DNA of 64,000 nucleotides from Haplodiscus bocki (Eukaryota): NCBI GenBank assembly GCA_965655095.1, contig OZ296648.1, positions 146,878,001 to 146,942,000 of the forward strand, read 5' to 3'. Shown piece by piece: positions 12,753 to 25,400 of this stretch (position 1 is its first letter; each line of letters starts with the position of its first letter). The notes under the pieces were generated by a model. It saw only the letters and a program-made list of their open reading frames with translations, ran no database searches and was not told where the DNA came from. The position numbers and the translations under genes were made by a program.

Positions 12753-14733
12753 TGTATTAACTTTCAAAAGATGTTTGCGTGTGTATTATTTCCAGTGAAG
12801 TTAATACTACGTAAAGGTTTTTAACTTGACTTGATCTAACTTGAGTACTCAAATATTTCCTTCGAATTCTCAATAATTTTCTGGAGAAAACAACAATTCC
12901 CTATTTGGATAACCTTTCAACTCTATATTGATATCAAGATCGTGAAATTCTATCAAATTTTTAAGAAATAAATACAAGCTTACATTTTGTCCTATGAATT
13001 TTCAGGAACTTCTCATAAATGCCTATGTATAACAGTAGGAGAACCTTTCTGTGTTTCACAAATTTTCTGTTATCGAAAAGAATAATGGATTAGAGGGGGG
13101 AAGTAGCATGATTTTCTGTCGAAATTTTGTCTCACAGTACCGAAAAACGTCGTAGGGGAACCCTTCCTGGTTGCAGATAAATTCTGGTATCAAAACTTTT
13201 CATGCATAAGGGGGTGGGCGGTATCACGATTTCCCGTAAAATTTAAGTTGAAAAAAAGTAGTTAAAGGCTGGGATTCGTACCCGTACCCACGACTTCAGA
13301 ACCCTGTTGTCCTACCGACTGTTCCATAATAACCATTGGAATTTCTGACAAATGTCAGTGAAAAAATTAAATTTGGCACGACAGAGACTCAACCCCGGAC
13401 CTCCCGCTTCAGAACCCTGTTGTCCTACCCCCTGTGCTACGGGAACCATTGGAATGGAATTTCTGACAATTGTCAGTGAAATCATGAAAATATTTGGCAC
13501 GACAGACTCAACCACGGACCTACCGCTTCAAAACCTTGTTGTCCTACCCCCTGTGCCATGGAAACCATTGGAATGGAATTTCTGACAATTGGCAGTGAAA
13601 TCATAAAAATATTTGGCACGACAGAGACTCGAACCCGCACTTGTCGCTTCAGAAGTGTTGGCCTAACCCCACTGCTGTCATTTATTTTTGAAAAAGAGTT
13701 GGCAATTTTGGACAGAAACAAAAAAACGACCCCACAGACTGAATAATTTTTCTTGCATATTACATATCCGGCGAAAACTGAAAAGCCATTAGAAAAGTTT
13801 TTTTTCGAAACTCCAACTCAATTTCACGAAAATTATTGTCCTGTAATCTCGATCACCAGCAATCCCGCTCTAGGGTGTTCGTCGTGAAGCACTAACGTTG
13901 TCTGCGTTGGGACAATCAGTCTCGACCGGTCGAAGAGAAGGAAAGGACAAACAATGGGGGTACTAAAAACTTCTCCAGTGTTCAATCCCTTAGCAATCCA
14001 AAACTACGAACCTTTCTTTAATTCAGGTAGTAATCGAAGTTTTTTCCAAAAAAAAATCGGTTTTTCCTAAAATATGCCTTTTAACTCTTCCCATCCAGAC
14101 ACACTGATTTCTTCTGTGGTCGAGTAAAGACTGATTTTCCTCGGTCACGGCCTAAAGCACAAACTGCTTAGTTGAAGAGTGCCCTTTGGGAATCGGATCC
14201 TGCTGAATTACAAGGACCAGAGTCCTGATAGGTCAAAAGTGAAAACGGGCTTCTTCCATGAAAATAACAACCAAGTTTTTTTGTGCCAGTGGAGTGTTTT
14301 TTCAAGAGCCATATGGGCTGATTTCCAAAGATCAGAGTCTTGACAGGTCGAAAAGCCAAGAACTCATCTCCGTAAGGATATTTTTGAAATTGGAAAACAT
14401 ATTTCGTCAAACTAGCGGCTTGAATTTTTCCATCAAGATCTCAATCGACAGCCTTCCCAAGTAAAAAATTTTTTCGATGAGTCTTCTTTCTGACTCTTTC
14501 CATCCAAAATGATAGGCCAAAAAAAAGAGTAAACGTTCACAATTAGTGACGATTATTTTCCATTCAAACTCGCTAAATCTATAATCTGGATTTCCTCTAT
14601 GCTGTTTTCAACAGAAGCGAAGCTGTGCTTCGAAACACTTGCGCCAATGGAATAAAAGTGAACAAATTGACTCAAAACAGGTGGTCTTTGAAGGATCCAG
14701 GATACTACGAATTTCACTGCTAACATGTCTACA
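12753..14733 (-). repeat. LTR copy 3 (1981 bp), outermost 5' LTR
   Basis: Canonical inverted termini TGTATTAAC...ATGTCTACA; unique flank begins right after 14733. Confidence 0.78.
13267..13677 (-). repeat. Four tRNA(Gln)-like units inside LTR3
   Basis: Units 2-4 are essentially identical to those in LTR2. Confidence 0.7.
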
Positions 14734-14989
14734 GCAACTCAGTTCTTACAATCTTATACAAATATTATAATATTTCTTTCACTCCATCTTTCGAATAACT
14801 TGACTATCAATTTGGAATGGCAGAGTAGAGCATGCAGGTCCCAGGTTTGAACCTAGACCACTCCCTCTTCTATTGGGTTAAATCTAGGAGCCTGTGCTAT
14901 TTGTGAACGGATCGGGAAAAGCCAGTTCAAAACGCTGTGATAAAACTTGCTTGCGCTTACTGTAAACTTTTCTCCGAAAAACATTTTTT

Positions 14990-15412
14990 GGGTGAGTCCC
15001 CCGGATCAACGTCTCGACTTGGTGAAGGCAACAAGCTAATTTCGTAAGATTTTTTGAAATTTCGACACAGCCTTCTCCCATAATACCGGCTTCCTTTCAT
15101 CCATCCCGATGTCAATCGACAGCTTTCTACTTGCAGGTGATACATCGTTTTTGTCATCCTTTTTGCTGTTCTGTTGACATGGTTAAGACTATCATCAAAG
15201 ACTCCGCGACTTCCCAAAGGGCAATGGAATCAACTGGAAAATGATACCATTGATTTTGTTCACTCGCTTCCGAAATCTGATGGACCGAAAACGCCAAAGA
15301 TCTACTAGTAATGAAGTATCTTGATTCGAGTGCTACGATGTTTCTTCCTTCATGACAGCCATCTATAGCAACTTTTAGTTCCCCTTTTACTTCGTTGGAA
15401 TTCTAGAATCAT
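14990..15412 (-). pseudogene. Possible FLYWCH-like N-terminal fragment of a Mutator-type transposase
   Basis: MILEFQRSKRG(fs)LKVAIDG ... HVNRTAKRMTKTMYHLQVESC ... GRIMGEGCVEIS loosely resembles the FLYWCH pattern; heavily disrupted. Confidence 0.25.
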
Positions 15413-16158
15413 AGACTGCAAGCCGTTCGGTTGCTTCCACAAGTCTTGCTTTCGTTGAGTTTCCACAAGTCTTGCTTTCGTTGATTTTTTATGTTAATTT
15501 TTAAAATATATGAGTTTAAATGAGCAAATAAGTACTTTTAATTGACTTTTTGAATAAAAATTGAACGAATGCGATGTATTTTTGGCTTTTTTGAGAACTT
15601 CATGTTTTCATTTCTGTACTGTACTGGAATGCTATATAATTACATTAAACAGGAATATGTTAAATTGTCAGTTAATGCCTAATAAAATGAAAAAACTGAT
15701 CAAACTTGCCAAAAGATAAACATACGCAGATACATCTACCCCTACTCTACCGAAATTAAAATTATCATTAAATGATCGTCATTTCACCAACTAAGTTAGC
15801 ATTTTTTTGTTTTATCGCCTGCTACTATCAAATTTCATCATAGCCTTCTTCCCAATTATCTTCGAATATTTTTCGAGATTCTGTGTTATATACAATCGTA
15901 TGATTAAACTATATATTTTCAACTATGGTCTATCAATTTATTTTTGTATACGCTATTGACCCTGCACATGAAAATTTAAATCATAATCAAGAAACGAAGG
16001 AACAATTTCGGACAATATTGACACGATATTACCGCACACACAAAACAAAACTTTCGGCAGTTTTCATTTTTTGGTTAAGATTTCAAAAAAAATCAAAAAT
16101 TTGGAAATCAAAAAAAGAACATAAACTGCTTTATAGCTCAATAGGTCAGTTTAAACTT

Positions 16159-16443
16159 TTAATGAGTAGATATGAAAATGTTTGAATCTCCGGGAAGCTC
16201 CAGTGTGATCCCTTTTGACTGTTTTGAAGAACAGGTTTTGGTTAGCTCAGTTTGATTTTGTGCTAATCTGGAGATAATTGAATCGAAGTTGGTAGTTTGA
16301 GATATTTGAACCACTTTTGTAGAAATCCCAATAAGTTTCAATGAGCTTTTAACGCCGTATTCCAAGAGAGATGCTCCACTTTTGGGTTGGGTTGTCTCTT
16401 CCGAAACTGCAATTGAGCTGATTCCAAAAGCATCCACCAAGTC
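16159..16443 (-). CDS. PCYT2: PCYT2 terminal exon
   Basis: tttttgcag|GAC phase 0; DLVDAFGISS...KLIGISTKVVQISQTTNFDSIISRLAQNQ matches the spacing of the ECT C-terminus; ends TAA. Confidence 0.75.
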   Translation of the reverse strand, partial: DLVDAFGISSIAVSEETTQPKSGASLLEYGVKSSLKLIGISTKVVQISQTTNFDSIISRLAQNQTELTKTCSSKQSKGITLELPGDSNIFISTH

Positions 16444-19400
16444 CTGCAAAAACGCTGCTTAACGATCAATTCTATAAACATAAGCACCAAGGGTGTAAAT
16501 CATTTTGAGACAAGAAAGAAGCATGACCATATAAGGCGGAACGAAGCTACTTTTGGGCAAAAGCGAAGATTGATTATTTCTCAAAACAAATAAAATCCAG
16601 TGAAGTGCCTACAGAAGTTGCAGAAGGCAAAAAAACTACATATCTCGAAGTTTACCGGAAAAAAATTACAGGAGCAATAGTCACTAATGGGCTGGAAATT
16701 CAGTTGTTGTCTCGTGAAAGTAATGCTTGTTTTTGAAGTTTATATTATGTGAATCAAAAACATTTACAGTTTTTTGTTGCAAGTCTGGGCAGCTAAATGC
16801 GGGTAAAAATAGTTGATTTGCTTGAAACAATGAGACTAACATTTTAAATTTCATCGGGAAGAATAAGCTTGGCAAAACAATTCCTCAGCTGAGATAAATT
16901 GACTAGAAATCTTTTCAAGAAATTCTAGTGTTAGAGTGTTCACTCACATCGTAAGTTGTCATCACGAAGGAGCCTTGAATTACAAATCCAAGCATAAGAG
17001 AGCTAATAAATCTCTGTGACGCGGAACGGGTATATCAGTGGTTTACAGCTCCTGAGTACCAAATCAATCAGATTGCAATCAAAAGGGATCGTGGGGTCGC
17101 AACCCACAAAAGTCCCAATATTTTCTCTCACTACAGAAGTTGACTTTGAATCAACTAGAATGGCTGTCCTGTATAATTGTTCAACAATTTTTATTCGGAA
17201 TTCGGCACTTTTCTTTTAGTATTTAAGTTGACATTGAATCAAGAAATATAGCTTACATAGCTTCAATATCTAGTGATTGCTACTTGACCTAAATAATGCA
17301 GCAAAGAAAAAGAAAAATGAACTCACCCGAGAAGTGTTCAAAGGCGCATTAAGTAAGATCTCGTCGACGTATTTACAGGCAGAAACACACATGGCTCGTT
17401 GCTCCAGAGTTAAAAGGGGAAACTTCGGACCCAAGACATGTTGCAGTGACTCAGAACTGAAGACGCCAACAATCAAATAGTCTGTGAATTCTTTCACACT
17501 TTCCAAAAAGGCCGCAGTGCCTGCATGATAAAGATCGAAACTCCCACAAACATATGAGACCCGGCGGGTTTGTCTGTTTTCCGAAGGGTTGCTAACAGTG
17601 ATGACCATTTTTATCAATCTTTCATTTACCTCTATCTAATTAAAGTATCCTCCTACATTAAAAAGACATCCGACTGACCGGCTCACTCTAGGATACTTTA
17701 CGTCAGCAAAAAAATTCAAAAATGTTCAGCATCTGTACCCGGGTTGAAGTCCCAGAGGTAATAAGCGCTGTTTCATGGTTTTGACGTTTTTCAGCGCTGA
17801 TTCAGAGGACATGAAAAAGATCAGCGCTGATCAGCTCTGTTTCAGTGCTGATCAGCTCTGATTTTCTCTGAATCAGCGCTGTTCAGAACTGAAAAATTCA
17901 GCGCTGTTTCACAGCTGAACAGCGCTGTTTCAGAGAGAAACAGCTCTGAATCAGCGCTGATTTTCTTAGCTCTGAAATATTGGATTTTCAGCGCTGATTT
18001 ACTCTGAATTAGCTCTGACATTAACATGTAGATAGGAATATCAAATTGTGATAACGTATTCAGAAGTATTGAGAACGCTTGAAGTGGTCAGTAAAATGGC
18101 ATTCCTCGTATTCAAAAACTGTAAATTTCTCCGAATATTCTGTAAAATACCAGCAAAAACTCAATTTTTTGAGATAATCTTGAAAAGTTATCTGACTAAA
18201 CGGAAAAATGCTTTCGAAAAACTGAACCATATTAATTTTGTTACTTGAGCAGTAACAGAAAACCCGAATTTTCGAGTTTTAGTTATATCTTTGCCCTATA
18301 AGAAGATTGAACACCTAAATTTTGGTAGTTAACTTCTTTTCGCAAATGGGGCTGAGGTTCTGAATTATGTGCCTCAAAACTGAGGTAATTCCAAAAAATT
18401 CGAAAAAAAATTGGAAAATGAACCAAAAATTGTCATTCTGAATCCGTGAAAAATCAGCGCTGTTCATCGCTGTTTCAGAGAAAATCAGCGATGAAACAGC
18501 GCTGATTCTTAGCTCTCAAAATTTTCGTTTTCAGCGCTGTTCAGAGATTTTCAGGTAATGAACAGCGCTGAAACAGACCTGAAATTGTTCTGAATCAGAG
18601 CTGATCAGCGCTGAATGTCTCTGGGACTTCAACCCGGGTAGCCAAAGTCATGATACATGACCCAATTTCATAGATTGTTTCAAACCCTGTTCAAAAACAG
18701 CACGACTAGATAAAATTTACAGTGAAAAGTTTAATCCTTCGCACCGAAACTTTTGCAAACACGTTTGTTAATTACGTTGATATTAGTAATAATTTCAGGG
18801 TGCATTTGCTATATTTTGGATAGGGAATGTCGCAGAGCATGTATAGGAAAGAAACAGAGGCTGAAATTGCAGATACTATTTGGTTCTAACTTGCAGTTCT
18901 GCTTAGAACGGTGCGTAACTAACACTCCATTAAAGCAGCGTCTGCGGTGCGTCAGTTGTTTCATTAATAAACAGAACAAGTCTCTAGAGCTTTTATCTTC
19001 CTACTTTTATTGCCTTGCTGGCTCCGCGAACAAAGATTGCGTAAGTTCAATTGCAAGGACTTCACGAGCGATGAAAGGAAAATAGAAAGTGAAATATTCA
19101 ATTATTCAGATTACAAAGGAAAACAAAATGCATTCAACCAAATTGAATTGCAAATGGACGTCTATGGGTACTGAGTCACGATAGCGGTAGGGGAGGAAAG
19201 AGGGAGTTTATGAGATAACGACAGTGGGATGATACAGAAATTTTAGCGCAGTTGCCGCCAGAATAAATTCCTTCATTATTAATTATTCTCCACGAAAAAA
19301 TTCTGTCCCATTTAATTATTATAAAAATTTAAATCAGCCGCAGCATTTAACTTCGAAAGTAATGGTCATCTCAGTTATCATGATTATTCAACAAAGAATC

Positions 19401-22400
19401 TGAGAGAAAAAGAAACCGCATTGAAAAAAGGACTATCACAAGATTTAAGAAAGATTTAAAACATTAATTCTGAAGAATCGAATACCCACAAAATTGTTGA
19501 ATCATATTTCTGCAGTTTTGTCCAAAATCACAAATTATATAAATGAACTAAACTTTCAGATTAATTTGAAAGAAATTAAAGAATAAAATTAGTTTGAGAA
19601 TAATTTTGGAGTTTTCCGCTAGAGCGAATAATATAATAGTCGCTGTTCGCTGTTTCTAGCACTGCTTTTTCTCTGTTTGGCTTCTCTTTGAGGTTCTAGG
19701 ATTTACATTTTTTGTATCTAATATAAAAATTATCCTTTTGTCCACACTCAGTAACTGGCAAATCGCAGTCTACTGGTTGAAAAAAATCCCAGTTTTCCTG
19801 AGCTTCCAAACCGTGAAAAAATCTCCGGGTTTAATGAGGGGGTTTTATATATTTTAAGTTTTATCTAAGACTCAGGTGGAAGCTCGCTTCTACCGGCAAC
19901 CTGGTGAGTTCCCTTTGGTCCCTTTTTCTCCAACGGAGACTATTCTCTAGCGGATTTCACGGAAGGGATTCATAAAATATTGAGCTTGACCAAAGAGATA
20001 TACTCATTCTGGACTAGAAAACTTCTTGACTAACGGATACCGTTGATGGAGTCAGGAGATCTGCGTGTTGTTCTGGGATTCTCCTCATATAAATCTGACT
20101 TGCAATGGAATCGAATGGGGAATGTCAAATTAGTACAAGGAATGGAATTATTTTAGAAAATTTGCAAAAAGGACGGTTCTTGCAAATTTAATCCGTTTCT
20201 AGGAATTTAGAAAGAATTCTCAATTACCACGGCAGCAGACGAGGTTAGACTTGGTCTATTATATGATGCCAATTAAATCTCTTTCGAGGAACCCCGTGGG
20301 GGTTGTGCAGTTTAAGATTCACTCTTGCTTCAGAACCGAAAATCGTTAACGGAATCTGCACACGCCAATACCGAAGCTGCCGTTAATGGACACTGTTTTA
20401 GACTCCAGTGTTAAGAGTATGGAAACGGTAAGCAAAAGGCGGGAATTTTTCTAAGTCAGAAAGAAAATTCGACTCAAAATATTTTTGTAAATTTGGAGTT
20501 GGACTAAGAATCATTAGCCCCGGAAGAGCGAAAAGAAGAGGGAATTTTGACTTAGAATAATTTTGTCCAAGAGAGTAAAACAGACAAAGAGAGTTGGATT
20601 CAGAATAATGTGTCCAAGTAAAAAGGAGAAGAAGAGAAGAGTAAAGCAAGTCAAAAGGAGTGAGGAGTCCCGTCCGTTAAGCAGGAATGAAAATTATGAT
20701 CGAGTTGGTTTCGCAGATCGACTCCAAAATAACAGCAAGGTGCCATTTCATGCAACCAATAGGAAATCGGCCTGTACCAAGCATGTTAGCAGCTGGAGCC
20801 AATAGGAAATTAACTCTGGTTAGAATTTTTGTAAAAATGAATGGTGCAATTCCAATGGTTTATTTATTCCACCAGCTTTTTTATTCTTCTAATCACCCTC
20901 AGCGTCCCCTCACAAAAGATTAGTTTTGATTAATTAATCATGTTTCAATTATATAACGTTTAAGCGTTATGTGTAACGCGATAGTAAAATCTTTCCATGT
21001 TCCTACGATTGGATATTTCAGTGAGTTTGCGAAGAGTCTAAATGTTGAATAAATGAATTTAAATCCCATAGAATTCAGGCGTCTTTGGCGGAAAATTCCG
21101 AAACATTTTGGTACTTCACAGGTATTCCCTGTAGTTTATTACCTTTTGCCTCCATAAACTCATTCCCAAACGACTGACCAGTGATTTCGATTTTTTCCAA
21201 ATTCTCATGGAAAACAATTTTCAGCTGGGACAATTTGAACATTTTCAAGTGATCCCAGCGCATCCCCCATGCTTTATTTCGTATCTATCACGTTAGATGG
21301 AAAAGGAAGACTGACAAGTAGAAGGACTGCAACCTACGCCGACCAGAAAAACTAATGATAAAAATCATTTTTCTTCCAAGTAATTATGAGCCATTTGATA
21401 CTTTTAGAAATAGTGATTTGTACTTTCAGAATTGAGAGACCAACTTTAAATTGAGCCTTTGTTCGAGAAATCAAATTCCCACAAGCATCTGCCACACTGC
21501 TCATATCCAATTATTTGATGTTAATCATGGCATTTCTTCGAACATCGGTTTTTTCTTCAGACAAACCAGGAAGGCTCAGAATGTCATTTTTCGGAACTTT
21601 CTCGGTGTATATATACCTGGAATTACAAACATTTTTGGTTCTTTTTCGAAAGATTCTAGCCGATGCATTCGGAGCTACGGCGACTACTACGACCAACCAT
21701 CAGGCCCACCATTTTTTCCAAGATAGGAAGGTAAAAATACAATGTCGAAAAAAGTAAAGACAAAGTTGACGCTAGGAATCGAACCTAGAACATTCGGGTT
21801 ATTAGCGCTTTTGTCTCAGCAACTAGGTCAAGTATTTAGTATTTCATTCCAATTTTTTGCCAACGTAAATTTGCACACTGGTCATTTAGGTATCGTAGAA
21901 AAAACTATAATAGTCGGGCATTTTATTTTAAAACAAATGCATCAAGAATTCTAAGCATTAAGCGGTAAGAACATAGATAATAAAAAATGGAATTGGGCGA
22001 ATTCAGCGAAATTTGAATTATAATTTCGAAAATGCGGAAAAAATTCGAAGTGAATGGGTAAATTTTACAAAATATTTGAATCAGCAACTAAACGGACTTG
22101 AAAGCGGAGAGAGTAAATAGCATTAGAAGCGAAAGTAAACGCAAAAGAAAGAAAATGAAGCTTTTTTTCGAAAGTTTGAAGCTCTCTCGCTCATTTTTGC
22201 ACATACGCGTCACTGGCCCGTTGAATGATAACTGAAAACGTTATCAAACAATAACTGAATTACGTAGTTTTCACCCGTTTTTTGATATAGATTTTGAATG
22301 TTTCTTTAATGCCCAACAGCCAAATTTTTCAACAAAAAATGGAATCGAGCCAATTTGACGAAAAACCATCAATAACGTTCTAAACGCAGAAAAAACTGCG

Positions 22401-25400
22401 AAAAGATAACTACTGGAGGAAAATTGTCGCAATCAAGAGGTACCTTAAAGCGAATTCAATTGCTTGAAAATTAACGGAAACGAAACACAGAAGTGAAGCT
22501 GTGCTTCGCAAACAATTGCTGAAACGTTACCAAACGAGCACAGGCAAAATAAAAAAAATATTGAAAAATTCACAATTTAATTTTTTTCACTCAAAAAAGT
22601 GTTTTTATTGAGACAAAATTTGATTTAAACAGGTTTGAACAACAAATCGTTGACTTGAAAGGGAAGCAGAAAAAAACACACTTTAATTTTTCAATTATCG
22701 GCGTCTAAAGATGCTTCAGTTATTGCACTACGTGCCTAGACTATTCTTTTATAAAAACCAGCTATATAATAAAGCACTATTCAATAATGAAACTTAAAGG
22801 GCAAAATTGATTTCTGCTAAACATTTAGGTTATTTATCCCGCCAAATTCAACCTGGAAATACTTTTTTCCCCCAAATTAAAGTAAAAAACAGACTACTGT
22901 TAAGCGATGCCTAAAGTTTGAAAACCGTGCAATTCGATAGATCTTTACCGTCGGAAAAAAATTCCATCCTATCCTAGTTGATGACACTTGCAATCCCAAG
23001 TGTAACACTGAGTCAAAGGTGAACTTCGCAAAGCTGGCAAACGTTAAGAGCTGGGACTGAATCTTTATAGATCAAAAGTTTTCAAGGAAACCTGGTTTTG
23101 ATCTTTTAGATCAACCTGCTCATTTCAGAAATTTGATTAAGACATTCTCACCATGAAGTATGAAAATGGTGATCCCTGGCTTTAACTAAAAGTAACCAAA
23201 AGCCAAAAGGAGTAATTGATCAACACCGGAGGGTTGGCATTCAATCAAAAGTTTTCAAGAAAGTTATTTCAGAAAACATCGTTGTGCTGAAAAAAAATCA
23301 AACACTCGAAGCTTAACTTGAAAGATTTTCTGGATAATGTATGAAGATGGAGATTCATGGCTTTCAACAGACACTCTGAACATATAAAAATGATAATGAA
23401 AAACAAATACATCTGAAAAAATGGATGTGACTATGACTATCAATTTCAACGGGCCCATTTTATTGTCATTTTCCGCATAGAAAACGGTAAAAAAAATTAC
23501 TGCATTGCAATAAACGTCATCCCGATCCGACCTCTACTGCAAGAAAAGCAACGCAACAAGTAAATGTTAATTATTACGAATTGTCTACGGCCAGACAAAA
23601 TATGAAAGATGGATCGTAACAAGCTGGCGTTGCCAGCTTAATAACTGTGCAAAAGTAATTTAGATGGTTATCACTAGTTGTTGGTTGCGCTGCAGGCTCC
23701 ATCCAACGCGTCTGTTCCAATGTTGAGTTTCGACATTTTCACCGGAGTTATTTTTGGTCCATAGATTGACGACGCGCACCAAACGTTTCGGGCTACTTCT
23801 AGAATTTTTGCATAATTTGGATCCACGATACATTCTGAAGGTGGGCATGAATCATTGGCAAGCAACTAAAACATGGGACTGCTAAAAAGGGCGAACAGTT
23901 CTAGTCGGTGCTGCCCGTAACATTCAAATAATCATGGTTCTCGGAGACTTGACTACACCTAAAGGGGAATATCACATTTCAGTCGAAAAATTTTGTCTCG
24001 CAGTGCCGAATAAGCTTGACAGCGAGACAATGAGTTGTCTCAAAGATTAATAGTATGTTTTGCTCCACTAGTTGTAATGGTTGGCGATAAGATATGATTT
24101 TTTGCTCTTATTACTCAGTGCACCAAATTCGATTCGTTATTTTGGTTGAGTACACGGTGAAAACAAAGTAGCAACTTTAATAGTCTCTGTTGTTGCCCCG
24201 ATTAAAAACGAACTATTTAATTTTTTATATAAGCTAAAAAGTGACAGTGCTGCTCCGAATGCCGATAGGAATTGCTTAAGATGTTTGTGATGAGATGTAA
24301 AATGTGTCACCAACACTGTGGAAATTCATTCACCTCTCGGATCAAAACATCGGTCAAAAATTTTTGTTTTGAGATACAGATAGCATAGATTAAATCTGGC
24401 ATTCAATTCAGCCTTTCAATTGAAATTTTGGGAAATGAATGTAAAATTTGAAAAATGGCCTAAATCATTTCCGTCTAAAATAATTTTTGACGTTTTCTCT
24501 CAACTTCCAGCAATCGTCCCACTGTATTGCACTGGCGAGTTGAGCGTACTGACCGAAGCGAGTGCATTACGGCCGACAAGATGATTTTCACTTCATTTTT
24601 TCCCAGTCGTTTGAAGCTAGCACATTTTCCGAAAGTGTTGTAATGTTCTAAGCCTAAGCTTTTTTCATACTGCCTCGCTGTCCGCTCGAAAGTATTTCAC
24701 ATCGTCTCGCTTTCCCTTTCAAATTTGTTCACTTGTCCTATTTTGCCGCCTATTGTCGTGACTTTTTCAGCGAATGGGGCTGAGAATAGAGAAGCTAAAC
24801 AGGGAGGTCCCGTTTCCTTCTTGCCTGGAATAAATTTACTTATACTGTCAAGGTGAAAAAAAACTGATGCGCCTTTTCAAAAGTTGTTTTTCTCAACGGA
24901 GACTACCAGATGAATTGAGGCCATCCGGTTCCCATTCAGAACTTCAAAATATGGCAAGTCTGTTTCAAACTTTTTACACGAATTATTTTGACTTGTATTG
25001 ATATTCAAAAACAAATATTTTGAGTGTTTTCCGAAAATTATTTTTCTAGATGACTGCGTATTGACTTGCGGGCATCCAATGTCCATTCGAATGCTTGCTA
25101 TGTAAAGAATTTCCGAAGAAGGTCACATGTCCTATATCAAGCTTTTCACGCAAAATATTTTGACTGGAACCACGAAATTGGAAAAACTTTTACTTGCGTC
25201 ATTTCTGAAAGTTCTCCGAGACTATTGCCGCAATCCACTCCTTAAACTTGATTCATGATAAACAGAATTGCGTTTGAACTGCTGGTTTGCTTTTCTTTTT
25301 CCGTGGAAGCGGAATTAGAAAAAGTCTGCTGAAACGAAAACTTTACAAGAATCAAGTGAGCAATTAGTCAATTTTGTTTCTCAATTTCAGAGCAAGTGCA

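Larger units (their letters stand above)
1..14733 (-). mobile_element. Tandem array of gag-only Ty3/Gypsy-like LTR units (LTR-leader-truncated gag) x2 plus third LTR; continues beyond left window edge
   Basis: Window start sequence ataatacgcagaa recurs at 6068 and 12191 (period 6067/6123 bp). Homology stops at 14733-14735. Segment 12753-14733 is bounded by TGTA...TACA. Internal parts contain a Gag-like frame with a CCHC knuckle. No RT/RH/IN motifs seen. Confidence 0.8.

Noticed and set aside
16947-17280. Extra PCYT2 mini-exons (QSLDIEA, MTAILVDS..., GSFVMTTYD)
   Set aside because: Splice-like sites exist but the phases lead to stops; the direct 17327-16443 join matches ECT spacing better.
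21451-21757. Overlapping short ORFs with flanking splice-like sites
   Set aside because: No recognisable motif or consistent exon chain; insufficient support.
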